From: an uncultured Psychroflexus sp.
Lineage (GTDB): Bacteria > Bacteroidota > Bacteroidia > Flavobacteriales > Flavobacteriaceae
NCBI GenBank assembly: GCA_913062845.1
Contig: CAJXVZ010000007.1
Location: forward strand, 4,209-68,208
Direction of reading: 5' to 3'
DNA length: 64,000 bases
Part shown: piece after piece, positions 44,202 to 53,665 of the stretch
Layout: the number at the start of each line of letters is the position of its first letter
Numbering within the stretch: position 1 is the first letter of the stretch
Made by a program: the position numbers and the translations under genes
The notes under the pieces: model-generated
Database searches by the model: none
What the model was told of the DNA's origin: nothing
The model's input: the letters and a program-made list of their open reading frames with translations, nothing else

Positions 44202-46850
44202 ATGTCAGAGGACACAAATTATACACCCAAAAATGTAGAACAAAAGTGGTACGACTACTGGAGTAAACATAATTTTTTTCATTCAGAAATCAATGACAAA
44301 CCTTCATACACTATTGTTATTCCGCCGCCTAACGTTACCGGTGTTTTACATATGGGACATATGCTGAATAATACCATTCAGGACGTCTTGATCAGAAGAG
44401 CACGCTTAAAAGGGTACAACGCCTGCTGGGTACCGGGTACAGATCATGCCTCCATTGCAACCGAAGCTAAAGTCGTGGCCAAACTTAAAGCTGAAGGCAT
44501 TAATAAATCGGACTTAACAAGAGATGAATTTTTAAGACATGCCTGGGACTGGACTGAGGAATATGGTGGGAAAATTTTAGGTCAGCTGAAAAGACTTGGT
44601 GCATCCTGCGATTGGGACAGATTGAAATTTACCATGGATGATGATATGTATGAGTCTGTGATTAAGGTATTTGTAGATTTGTACAATAAAGGTCTGATCT
44701 ACAAAGGTTACCGCATGGTCAATTGGGATCCGGAAGCCAAAACCACCTTGTCTGATGAAGAAGTAGAATACCAGGAAAAACAAGGGCTTTTATATTATGT
44801 GAAATATCCTGTTGTGGGTTCTGATGATTTTGTTGAAATAGCCACAACCCGACCTGAAACTATTTTTGGAGATACTGCCATTTGTGTGAATCCCAATGAC
44901 GAACGTTTTGATCACCTGAAAGGTAAGAAAGCCATTGTACCTGTTGTTGGTCGTGAAATACCTATAGTTTTTGACGATTATGTCGATATGGAATTTGGTA
45001 CCGGTTGCCTGAAGATCACACCGGCCCACGATGAAAACGATAAGGCGATAGGAGAGAGGCATAACTTAGAAATTATTGACATCTTTAATGATGATGCCAC
45101 TTTAAATGAACATGGTTTAGAATACCAAGGTCAGGAAAGGTTTGAAGCCAGAAAGAATTTTGCAAAAGCATTGGATGAAGCCGGTTTTTTGATCAAAACT
45201 GAAAATTATACCAATAAGGTTGGCTTGTCGGAAAGAACAAAAGCTGTCATTGAACCAAAATTGTCGGAGCAGTGGTTTCTAAAAATGAAAGATATTGCCC
45301 AACCTGCTTTAGATGCGGTAATGAAATCTGATGAGGTCAAATTGTTTCCTTCTAAATTTAACAATACTTATAAACACTGGCTGGAAAACGTCAGAGACTG
45401 GAACATCTCAAGACAATTATGGTGGGGTCATCAAATCCCTGTTTACTATCTCAAAACAGATCATGGTTTTGATAAAAACCAGTTTGTAGTCGCCACGAAT
45501 ACAGCTGAAGCCGTTGAAATGGCTAAAAGAGAATTCAGCAATCAAAACCTGACTGAAAATGATTTGGTTCAGGATGAGGATAGTTTAGATACCTGGTTTT
45601 CATCTTGGTTATGGCCAATGTCTGTTTTTGATGGTATTCGTAATCCAGACAATGAAGAATTCAAATATTACTACCCAACTAAAGATTTGGTGACCGGACC
45701 AGATATTTTGTTCTTTTGGGTCGCCCGAATGATCATGGCAGGTTATGAATTTGCTGACCAAAAACCATTTGATAATGTTTATCTCACAGGATTGGTTAGA
45801 GATTCTCAAAGACGAAAAATGTCTAAATCACTCGGAAATTCTCCCGATGCCATTAAGTTGATTGATGATTTTGGTGCAGATGGTGTGCGTGTCGGTTTAT
45901 TATTGAGCAGCGCTGCGGGCAATGACCTGCTGTTTGACGAAAGCCTTTGTCAGCAAGGGAAATCTTTTGCCAATAAAATTTGGAACGCCTATCGTTTGAT
46001 TGATTCATGGGAAGTTGACGACAACATTGAACAGCCGGAACATGCCAGGATAGGTTTGAAATGGTACGAGAACAAATTTCAGCAAAACTTACTTGACATC
46101 GAAGACCATTATTCTAAATACAGAATTTCAGATGTGTTGATGAGTTGCTATAAGTTGGTGTGGAACGACTTCTGTTCTTGGTTACTCGAGATTATAAAGC
46201 CCGCTTACCAACAACCTGTAGATGCCAAAACCAAGGCTGAATGTATCAAATTATTTGAAGATAATTTAAAAATTCTGCATCCGTTCATGCCTTTTATCAC
46301 GGAAGAGTTATGGCATGGTATCAAAGACAGATCACCGGAAGAAGCCCTGATCATTTCAGAATGGCCTGAAGCGAAAGCCTTTGACGCTGAAATCATACAA
46401 AATTTTGATTGGGCTGCGGATGTGATCACTCAGGTTCGTTCCGTCAGGAAATCCAAAAACATCGCTTTTAAAAATCCAATTGACTTAAAAGTAGAGAACA
46501 AAGAAAACTGGAGTACAGATTTTGACGGGATTATTCAAAAGCTCGGAAATATTAAAAATCTTGATTATGTGAATGAGCAGCAAGACGGAGCCTTGAGTTT
46601 CAGTGTAAAATCCAACATATATTATATTCCGGTTGAAGGTTCTATAGATGTTGAAGCTGAAATCGAAAAACTAAAAAAAGACCTGGATTATTATACCGGT
46701 TTTTTAGTTTCAGTAGAAAAGAAACTCAGCAATAAGCGTTTTGTGGATAATGCACCAGAGCAGGTGGTGAACAAAGAAAAACAAAAACAAGCTGATGCCT
46801 TAGGTAAAATTGAAAGCATAAAGGAAAGTTTGGAGAATCTAACACAATAA
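44202..46850 (+). CDS. valS: Valine--tRNA ligase
   Basis: 882-aa ORF with HIGH-type motif (LHMGH), KMSKS, and a C-terminal coiled coil. Confidence 0.95.
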   Translation: MSEDTNYTPKNVEQKWYDYWSKHNFFHSEINDKPSYTIVIPPPNVTGVLHMGHMLNNTIQDVLIRRARLKGYNACWVPGTDHASIATEAKVVAKLKAEGINKSDLTRDEFLRHAWDWTEEYGGKILGQLKRLGASCDWDRLKFTMDDDMYESVIKVFVDLYNKGLIYKGYRMVNWDPEAKTTLSDEEVEYQEKQGLLYYVKYPVVGSDDFVEIATTRPETIFGDTAICVNPNDERFDHLKGKKAIVPVVGREIPIVFDDYVDMEFGTGCLKITPAHDENDKAIGERHNLEIIDIFNDDATLNEHGLEYQGQERFEARKNFAKALDEAGFLIKTENYTNKVGLSERTKAVIEPKLSEQWFLKMKDIAQPALDAVMKSDEVKLFPSKFNNTYKHWLENVRDWNISRQLWWGHQIPVYYLKTDHGFDKNQFVVATNTAEAVEMAKREFSNQNLTENDLVQDEDSLDTWFSSWLWPMSVFDGIRNPDNEEFKYYYPTKDLVTGPDILFFWVARMIMAGYEFADQKPFDNVYLTGLVRDSQRRKMSKSLGNSPDAIKLIDDFGADGVRVGLLLSSAAGNDLLFDESLCQQGKSFANKIWNAYRLIDSWEVDDNIEQPEHARIGLKWYENKFQQNLLDIEDHYSKYRISDVLMSCYKLVWNDFCSWLLEIIKPAYQQPVDAKTKAECIKLFEDNLKILHPFMPFITEELWHGIKDRSPEEALIISEWPEAKAFDAEIIQNFDWAADVITQVRSVRKSKNIAFKNPIDLKVENKENWSTDFDGIIQKLGNIKNLDYVNEQQDGALSFSVKSNIYYIPVEGSIDVEAEIEKLKKDLDYYTGFLVSVEKKLSNKRFVDNAPEQVVNKEKQKQADALGKIESIKESLENLTQ

Positions 46851-46876
46851 AATCACTTAACCCAAATCAAAGCAAT

Positions 46877-47488
46877 ATGAAAAACGCTCTTAGACTTCTG
46901 TTTTTATTCTCAGCCATCACTGGATTTTCACAGAAGGATTATTTACTGCAGATCAACGATACGACGGTAGAAGTATCATTGGACGAAATCTTAAAACTTA
47001 ACGTAGACGGAAAATCCTTAGAAATAAAATTATCTGCTAAAGATACACTTGTATATGACAGTGATTTGGTAAGTTTTAAATATTCCAGCGATTATAAAAT
47101 TTCAAAATTAGATTTAGATGAAGGGATTAGTTAAATCATGTTGATGACTGCTGAGGGCTCTGGTGTAATTATCCAGGAGTATTCTACCATTAATCCTACC
47201 ATGCTCAATGAAATGATGCTCTATGAAGTAACAAAAGAAAGCATAAATTACGGTTATGAAATGCAACGTGAAATAATTGAAAAAACCCTTGTTTCAGGTC
47301 ATGATATAAGAATTGACAAAGCCGTATTGACCTATAAAGATGATAAGAGTATTTATGAGGTGGCTTCAATAGGCGGAACAGATGAAGGCATATTGATCAT
47401 GACTATGATATCCGTAGATTCTGTGAATTTTCAGGGAAGTAAAATAATTAATACGATGTGGGACACATTATCTTATAAAGGTAAATAA
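46877..47488 (+). pseudogene. Secreted hypothetical protein reading frame interrupted by a single in-frame TAA (47132-47134)
   Basis: Track ORFs 46877-47134 and 47138-47488 are in the same frame (offset 261 nt), separated only by TAA plus one codon. The first part carries the signal peptide. Confidence 0.5.
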
Positions 47489-47494
47489 GTTTTT

Positions 47495-48310
47495 TCAGTT
47501 TTGATGATTTCTTGAGTCTAAAAGTTCTTCCAAAACCACTTCAACACCATTGTCATTGTTGGATTTGGTCATGTACTTTGCTGTATTCTTAACATTCGAA
47601 TGCGCGTTGGCCATTGCATAGCTAAAGTCCGCTAATTTCAGCATTTCAATATCATTATTAAAATCTCCAAAGACCATGGTTTCTTCTGGCGTTATACCCA
47701 TTTCTTTTTGAATCATTTTTAAAGCATAGGCCTTGTTGGCTTCAATATGGGAAATATCCAACCAGTTCTGACCTGAAACAATGACCTGATACTGTCCTTC
47801 AAATTTCCTGACACTTGGGTAAATAAACTCTTCAGAAGAATCAAAATGAAAGACGGCTATTTTTAAAAACTGATCATTGTAAACATTTAAAAGGTCATCA
47901 ACCCTTTCCACGACGGTGTAATAATTTTTCAGTTTTTTATAAAAATGGTCATCTTTAGATTCAATATAAGCTGCTTTACTTCCGCATAAAACCGTATAGC
48001 TGTTTTCTATTTGCCTTAAAACTTTCACACATTCAGCAACGTCTTCCTTTGAAAGTTCAAGAAGCACCTTGGTTTTTCGTGCGTGTTGCATGATACCGCC
48101 ATTTTCACCAATGATGCTGATTTCGTCTTTGATATCGAATAATTTATCCTGAATACTTTGAAATTGCCTTCCACTGGCAGCAACAAAATGTATGTCTTTT
48201 GCTGTTAACCTCTGAAACTGGGCATAAAAGCGATCACTTACTTCATGATTTTCATTGAGAAGTGTACCATCCATATCAGAAACAATCAGTTTTATTTTTG
48301 AAAAATCCAT
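47495..48310 (-). CDS. Cof-type HAD-IIB phosphatase
   Basis: 271-aa ORF with the DMDGTLL motif and C-terminal GDFNNDIEM. Confidence 0.85.
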   Translation of the reverse strand: MDFSKIKLIVSDMDGTLLNENHEVSDRFYAQFQRLTAKDIHFVAASGRQFQSIQDKLFDIKDEISIIGENGGIMQHARKTKVLLELSKEDVAECVKVLRQIENSYTVLCGSKAAYIESKDDHFYKKLKNYYTVVERVDDLLNVYNDQFLKIAVFHFDSSEEFIYPSVRKFEGQYQVIVSGQNWLDISHIEANKAYALKMIQKEMGITPEETMVFGDFNNDIEMLKLADFSYAMANAHSNVKNTAKYMTKSNNDNGVEVVLEELLDSRNHQN

Positions 48311-48383
48311 GCAACTATTTTGATGACAAACATAACAGAACCCGACAAATTAAATTCCTCTCAACTTTAAAAGTATATTAATT

Positions 48384-48779
48384 TTATGGAATTCTCACCT
48401 CGCCGGTATCAGCATTTTGAAGTTTTAGAATGTCTCTTGAATTCTTTGCAAAAACTGCTTTTTCACCTCTTATCGCAACTGGTGATTTCACAACTTCAGG
48501 ACTATTCTGTATTATTTTCAATGCACTAAACTCATCAATATCAGGTTTGCTACCAAATTTGGATACAACCAATTCATGCTCAAGATCTACAAGATCAATT
48601 ACGCTTATGTTGAGTAATTCTGCCATCTCAGACCAATGGGTCTGGCTTATTCTTGTTTTTTCTATGTCAATAGCCTGAACGGCTGCTTTATTTGCATTTG
48701 CAATAGCAATACATTTTTTAGCATTTAGATGTTTAGGGTGGTAATAGAGATTGATTAAATTATCTTTTCTTGAAATCAT
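48384..48779 (-). CDS. ArsC/Spx-family-like thioredoxin-fold protein
   Basis: 131-aa product after moving the start to the internal ATG (MISRKDN). The longer track ORF would overlap the divergent gene and its promoter. The family assignment is from general resemblance only. Confidence 0.45.
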   Translation of the reverse strand: MISRKDNLINLYYHPKHLNAKKCIAIANANKAAVQAIDIEKTRISQTHWSEMAELLNISVIDLVDLEHELVVSKFGSKPDIDEFSALKIIQNSPEVVKSPVAIRGEKAVFAKNSRDILKLQNADTGEVRIP

Positions 48780-48884
48780 AATTATTTTTTTCTTAAATAA
48801 CAACATATTCCTTGAAGATTCGACGGCTTGCCGTATTTTTAGTAAAAATTTATACCTTACACCAAAATTTAGATCATTCAATAT

Positions 48885-50129
48885 ATGGAGGATAAGAAGA
48901 TTGTAATAATTGGAGCGGGAGTCAGTGGTCTGGTCGCTGCAATTAACCTTGAGAAAGCGGGATATAAGCCTGTGATTTATGACAAAAAGGACAGAGTAGG
49001 AGGAAGAGTACAAACAGATTATATAGACGGCGAAATTCTTGACAAAGGTTTTCAGGTGCTATTGCCAAATTATCCTGCAGTACAGAAATATTTGAACCTT
49101 GAATTATTACACCTCAAATACTTTACTTCTGGTGCTTTTGTCTTTAAAAAAGATTTTAATGGTAAATTAGGCAATCCGAGTCGTGATTTTGATCTTTTAT
49201 TCCCAACACTATTTTCTAAATTAGCCTCTTTACCGGATAAACTCAAAATCTTAAATCTGGCCAGAAAGTTATCCAAAAAACCATTCGATGAAATTTTCAG
49301 AGAAAAAAGTAAAACTACAATAGACTATTTAAAAGACTATGGTTTTTCAGAAAAAGTCATCGCTAATTTTTTTAAACCTTTCTTTGCAGGTATATTTCTG
49401 GAAGATGAACTGAAAACGTCCAGCAGGATGTTTGAGTTTACTTTTAAACTCTTTTCCAGTGCTAAAGCCGGTATTCCTGAAAAAGGCATTCAGGCCATAC
49501 CTAACCAGCTTGCAAACAGATTAAGAAATACTACTTTTCATTTTAATACCTCGATTGAGAGTGTTGTGAATGAAAAAATAATATTTTCTGATGGTAAAGA
49601 GACTAAAGCCGACTTTATCATTATCGCCACAGATCCATCACCGCTTATTTCAAATTTGAATAATCAGAAAAGCGAATGGAAAAAAGTAGATACTTTATAT
49701 TTTGAAGTTAACAACAGGGTTATAAATCTGCCAATGATCGGTTTGATTGCCGAAGAAGATGCACTGATCAATAACTTTCATTATCTAAAATTGGCTTCAG
49801 ATCTAAAGCAGATCATCTCTGTTAGTGTTATAAAAACACATAACCTCAGCGATGTGCAACTTGTAGAAAGGGTCAGAAAAGAGTTGATTGAAATTTGTGA
49901 AATAGAAGTTGTAGAACTTATCAAGCATTATAAAATACCTCAGGCTTTACCGGATATTATGGATGTTAACTATCAGATCCCTCACACAGAAACCAAACTA
50001 AAAGATAATATTTTCCTTGCCGGCGATGTACTTTCCAATGGTTCTCTTAATGCCGCTATGCTTAACGGAGAGTCGGCTGCCAAAGCTGTTATCGAGCACG
50101 TCAATGGTCTTACACTTGATATGGCCTAA
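48885..50129 (+). CDS. NAD(P)/FAD-dependent oxidoreductase (amine-oxidase/phytoene-desaturase-like fold)
   Basis: 414-aa ORF with Rossmann motif IVIIGAGVSGLVAA...YDKKDRVGGRV. Confidence 0.75.
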   Translation: MEDKKIVIIGAGVSGLVAAINLEKAGYKPVIYDKKDRVGGRVQTDYIDGEILDKGFQVLLPNYPAVQKYLNLELLHLKYFTSGAFVFKKDFNGKLGNPSRDFDLLFPTLFSKLASLPDKLKILNLARKLSKKPFDEIFREKSKTTIDYLKDYGFSEKVIANFFKPFFAGIFLEDELKTSSRMFEFTFKLFSSAKAGIPEKGIQAIPNQLANRLRNTTFHFNTSIESVVNEKIIFSDGKETKADFIIIATDPSPLISNLNNQKSEWKKVDTLYFEVNNRVINLPMIGLIAEEDALINNFHYLKLASDLKQIISVSVIKTHNLSDVQLVERVRKELIEICEIEVVELIKHYKIPQALPDIMDVNYQIPHTETKLKDNIFLAGDVLSNGSLNAAMLNGESAAKAVIEHVNGLTLDMA

Positions 50130-50156
50130 CAATCAAATTATAATATTTTAATCAAA

Positions 50157-51179
50157 ATGATAGATTTAAGAAGTGATACTGTAACAAAGCCAACCAAAGA
50201 TATGCTCATTTTTATGCAAAAATGTGAAGTTGGCGATGATGTGTATAAAGAAGATCCAACGGTAAATGATCTCGAAGATTATGTTGCTGATCTATTTGGT
50301 ATGGATGAGGCGCTTTATTTTCCAACGGGAAGTATGGCCAATCAGGCAGCTATAAAACTACATACACAACCGGGTCAACAGCTCGTCTGTGATAAATATG
50401 CTCATGTTTACCACTATGAAGGTGGTGGAGTTTCTTTTAATTCCGGGGTTTCCTGTAAATTGGTTGATGGAAAGCGTGGAAAAATTACCGCAGATCTGGT
50501 AAAAGCAGCCATTAATCCACCGGACTTTTACCACTCGCCACTTACCAGTCTGGTTTGTTTAGAAAACACCACCAACAAAGGTGGTGGCGCTTGTTATGAT
50601 CTGAAAACCATGCAGGATATCAAAGCCGTCTGTAAATCTGAAAATCTTGGTTTACATCTTGATGGTGCAAGATTGTTCAATGCATTGGTTGAACAAAACT
50701 ACACACCAAAAGATCTTGGAAAAATATTTGATACCATAAGTATTTGTCTGTCTAAAGGTCTTGGTGCACCTATGGGGACAGTTTTGGTAGGCAAAAAAGA
50801 GTTGATGAAAAATGCGATGAGAGTCAGAAAAGTACTCGGTGGCGGAATGCGTCAAATTGGTTATATGGCTGGTTGTGGTTATTATGCATTGCAATACCAT
50901 GTAGATCGCTTAAAAGAGGATAATGACAGAGCAAAAGCCATTGGTAAACACCTGGAAAGCTTAGATTATATAAAATCTGTAGAGCCGGTTGAAACCAATA
51001 TTGTAATTTTTTATCTTATTGACGCTATTGAAGAAATGGATTTTATGGACTATCTGACCGATAATAATATCAGAATAAGTCAGATGGGTGAAGGTAAGTG
51101 GAGAATTGTTACTCACTTAGACTATACCAAAGATATGCATGAATTCACGCTTGATACCTTGAGTAATTTTCAATATTAG
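50157..51179 (+). CDS. ltaE: Low-specificity L-threonine aldolase (PLP-dependent)
   Basis: 340-aa ORF with N-terminal IDLRSDTVTKPT. The expected PLP-binding Lys lies in the SICLSKGLGAP segment. Confidence 0.85.
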   Translation: MIDLRSDTVTKPTKDMLIFMQKCEVGDDVYKEDPTVNDLEDYVADLFGMDEALYFPTGSMANQAAIKLHTQPGQQLVCDKYAHVYHYEGGGVSFNSGVSCKLVDGKRGKITADLVKAAINPPDFYHSPLTSLVCLENTTNKGGGACYDLKTMQDIKAVCKSENLGLHLDGARLFNALVEQNYTPKDLGKIFDTISICLSKGLGAPMGTVLVGKKELMKNAMRVRKVLGGGMRQIGYMAGCGYYALQYHVDRLKEDNDRAKAIGKHLESLDYIKSVEPVETNIVIFYLIDAIEEMDFMDYLTDNNIRISQMGEGKWRIVTHLDYTKDMHEFTLDTLSNFQY

Positions 51180-51949
51180 TGTATAGGTTTAATAACCAGC
51201 GGAATAATTTCTTTATCAGCCAGTCGATAATAGTCTCTTTCCTGAGCTGAAAAATTATTAGTATACGTGATTGGTTTTACCACAAAACCTACCTGTTTCA
51301 ACTTGTCGAAATAGTCCATGCCATAAACCCGAACATGGTCATATTGACCAAATATCCTGGTGCGATCATCAGGGTCAGTGATGCTGTCGTCTTCAAAGGT
51401 TTGTTCCCTCTTGTAATCCTGCGGAATTTGCAATATGGCCCAGCCATTGGGTTTCAGGATGCGGTAAATTTCCCGTAAGGCTTTGGTATCATCAGGGATA
51501 TGTTCCAGCACATGATTGCATAAAACCACATCGTATGTCTGATCTTTAAATGGCAAGTTGCAGATGTCGGCTTTTATATCGGCTAAAGGCGAGTTTAAAT
51601 CGGTTGTAGTGTAGTTTAAATTTTTCAATTTTCGGAACCGTTTGTAAAACGCCTGTTCGGGTGCAAAATGTAAAACCTTTAAGTTTTTTTTGAAAAAATC
51701 AGTTTCGTTTTTAAGAAACAACCATAACAATCTATGTCTTTCTAAAGATAAGGTTGAAGGAGATAATACATTTCGTCTTTGATTTTGATAACCATAAGGT
51801 AGTAACATCCTAAAAGTTGATCCGTCTATAGGATCTTTGTAATCATTTCCCTGATAAAAAAACTTTAAAAAAGGCCTGAATAAAAAACTGATTCTAATAA
51901 GGAATGTTCGTGGAAAAAGATTAAGAAGAAATTTGAAAATTGTTTTCAT
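51176..51949 (-). CDS. Class I SAM-dependent methyltransferase
   Basis: 257-aa ORF with Methyltransf_11-like core (VLHFAPE...YDVVLCNHVLEHIPDD...LKPNGWAI). Starts about 14 nt downstream of tRNA-Leu on the same strand. Confidence 0.75.
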   Translation of the reverse strand: MKTIFKFLLNLFPRTFLIRISFLFRPFLKFFYQGNDYKDPIDGSTFRMLLPYGYQNQRRNVLSPSTLSLERHRLLWLFLKNETDFFKKNLKVLHFAPEQAFYKRFRKLKNLNYTTTDLNSPLADIKADICNLPFKDQTYDVVLCNHVLEHIPDDTKALREIYRILKPNGWAILQIPQDYKREQTFEDDSITDPDDRTRIFGQYDHVRVYGMDYFDKLKQVGFVVKPITYTNNFSAQERDYYRLADKEIIPLVIKPIH

Positions 51950-51963
51950 TCCTTATTTTCAAA

Positions 51964-52048
51964 GTGCCCAGAGCGGGAGTCGAACCCGCACGCCCTAACG
52001 GACACATGGCCCTCAACCATGCCTGTCTACCAGTTCCAGCACCTGGGC
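51964..52048 (-). tRNA. tRNA-Leu (anticodon GAG), type II with long variable arm
   Basis: Hand-folded. Acceptor GCCCAGG/TCTGGGC, anticodon loop TTGAGGG, T-arm GCGGG-TTCGACT-CCCGC. No encoded CCA. Confidence 0.88.
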
Positions 52049-52107
52049 TCAATCTAAAGCTTATAGGCTAAGCGAAATAATACTATGAATGGTTTAACAA
52101 TTCATAA

Positions 52108-52126
52108 TTGTGATCTGGCTGGGGCT
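52108..52126. repeat. Direct duplicate of the last 16 nt of tRNA-Lys plus 3 flanking nt (TTGTGATCTGGCTGGGGCT)
   Basis: An identical 19-mer occurs at 52173-52191, which includes the genuine tRNA 3' end. The copies are 65 bp apart. Confidence 0.85.
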
Positions 52127-52175
52127 TACTTCGACAAGCTCAGCATAAACTTCTCGTCACATCCATCTCACGTTG

Positions 52176-52248
52176 TGATCTGGCTGGGGCTCGAACCCAG
52201 GACCCTCTCCTTAAAAGGGAGATGCTCTACCAACTGAGCTACCAGATC
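52176..52248 (-). tRNA. tRNA-Lys (anticodon TTT)
   Basis: Hand-folded 73-nt cloverleaf. Acceptor GATCTGG/CCAGATC, D-arm GCTC-AGTTGGTA-GAGC, anticodon loop CTTTTAA, T-arm CTGGG-TTCGAGC-CCCAG. Confidence 0.92.
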
Positions 52249-52280
52249 TAAATTACGAAACGATTCGAATTCATAATTTT

Positions 52281-52334
52281 CTTAATTTCATTGAGAATCT
52301 TAATTACTGGAATCAAGATTCTCAACGAATTAAG
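52281..52334. other. Long imperfect hairpin (7+11 bp stem, 13-nt loop) upstream of tRNA-Lys
   Basis: CTTAATT-tca-TTGAGAATCTT ... AAGATTCTCAA-cg-AATTAAG, with no flanking T-run on either strand. Confidence 0.6.
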
Positions 52335-52388
52335 TAATCAAAAATCCTAAATTTCAAAGTACTAAAATCATTTCCGATTTTGAGGGTG

Positions 52389-52396
52389 CAAATATA
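52389..52396 (-). promoter_or_regulatory. Candidate -7 box (TATATTTG on minus strand) for the tRNA-Lys/tRNA-Leu transcript
   Basis: TAnnTTTG about 140 nt upstream of the tRNA-Lys 5' end. Confidence 0.3.
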
Positions 52397-52442
52397 CTAT
52401 CTAAATTTAATTTATCAATATGAAGTCTTCTTTATTTTTAAC

Positions 52443-52450
52443 TATTTTTG
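52443..52450 (+). promoter_or_regulatory. Candidate -7 box (TATTTTTG) for aroK
   Basis: TAnnTTTG 26 nt upstream of the ATG at 52476. Confidence 0.35.
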
Positions 52451-52475
52451 ATTTTGTCAAATCAAAATTCAAAAC

Positions 52476-52997
52476 ATGATTGTTTTAATAGGTTATATGG
52501 GTTCCGGAAAATCATCTGTAGCTCAATATTTAAATTCAAATTACAGCTTGAGTTATTGTGATCTGGATGATTATATCGAGAATGAAGAACAAAAATCTAT
52601 TTCGGAAATATTCGAGCAAAAAGGCGAAATCTACTTTCGGAAAATCGAAAATTTATACCTGAAAGAGCTCTTAACTCAAAACAGATACCAGATCTTATCT
52701 CTTGGCGGTGGCACACCTTGCTATGCAAACAATTCGGATCTACTGAAAAAATTTGAAGTGGATAGCGTTTATCTTAAAGTTGATCTGGATATGCTCACAT
52801 ACAGATTATTCCAAAATAAGCAAGACAGGCCCTTAATATGTAATGTTGAATCTGAATCTCAGTTGAAAGATTTTATAAGAAAACATTTATTTGAAAGGGA
52901 ATTTTATTACAGGCAAGCCAGGTATATCATTAATGTGACAGAAATGCAAATTGGTGAAATAGCAAAAAGCATTTTGAACAAGGTTTCTTCAGAATAG
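52476..52997 (+). CDS. aroK: Shikimate kinase
   Basis: 173-aa ORF with P-loop GYMGSGKS and an LGGG motif. Confidence 0.88.
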   Translation: MIVLIGYMGSGKSSVAQYLNSNYSLSYCDLDDYIENEEQKSISEIFEQKGEIYFRKIENLYLKELLTQNRYQILSLGGGTPCYANNSDLLKKFEVDSVYLKVDLDMLTYRLFQNKQDRPLICNVESESQLKDFIRKHLFEREFYYRQARYIINVTEMQIGEIAKSILNKVSSE

Positions 52998-53486
52998 CTC
53001 CGCTTTTGAAGTTTTACCAAAACTTACCTTTACAATCTCATGAAGTGAAGTAGAAAGAGAAATACCTTTAAAATCTGCCTTAATAGGGAATTTCTTGTGA
53101 CTTCTGTCTATCAATACTGCTGTCTTTAGTAATTTTAAGTCCGTATCTAATAAATGTTTGACGGCATATATTAAAGTACTTCCGGTATTTAAAACATCAT
53201 CTACCAGTATAAAACTTTGGTCTTCATACTCTTCGGAACTTAGGCTTATTGAAGGTGATTCGTGAGGTTTTTGCTTATTCATTTGTATTTTACACAATAA
53301 TGGTTCTACCTTGCTCACCTCTTTAATATGATCTGCCAGTTTCTCAGCAAAAATATAACCATTGTCAGCTATACCCGCGATAACAAGTTTGCTTTGATGA
53401 TCATAAACTTCCAGAATCTGAAAGGCAATCCTTTTAATTTTGTGTTGAATTTGTCTGTCACTTAAGATCAATGTTCTTTCCTCCAT
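52989..53486 (-). CDS. Type I phosphoribosyltransferase family protein (PyrR-like)
   Basis: 165-aa ORF with PRPP-binding motif FILVDDVLNTGSTL. Its 3' end overlaps aroK by 9 nt (convergent). Confidence 0.7.
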   Translation of the reverse strand: MEERTLILSDRQIQHKIKRIAFQILEVYDHQSKLVIAGIADNGYIFAEKLADHIKEVSKVEPLLCKIQMNKQKPHESPSISLSSEEYEDQSFILVDDVLNTGSTLIYAVKHLLDTDLKLLKTAVLIDRSHKKFPIKADFKGISLSTSLHEIVKVSFGKTSKAELF

Positions 53487-53665
53487 GTTTTTTGATAATT
53501 ATTATTCAAAATAGGCTTTGGTTGTCAAAATATTAAATTTATTAAACTAAAATATAAAGTCAATAAAAATTAATTATCCTGAATAAAATAAGCTTTATAA
53601 GAATTGTAAAAATAAATATTTAATCGATATTTAGCCTTTTATTCTAATCTATAAATTATAAGATT

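Noticed and set aside
48780-49013. N-terminal 78-codon extension of the ArsC/Spx-like ORF given by the track (start at 49013).
   Set aside because: The extension overlaps the divergent oxidoreductase gene start (48885) and its upstream region, and has low-complexity AT-rich coding. The internal ATG at 48779 gives a normal-sized protein.
51950-52475. A genomic island or prophage integrated at the tRNA-Lys/tRNA-Leu locus.
   Set aside because: No integrase, excisionase or phage gene lies on either side. The flanking genes are an ordinary methyltransferase and aroK, and only the 19-bp duplicate remains.
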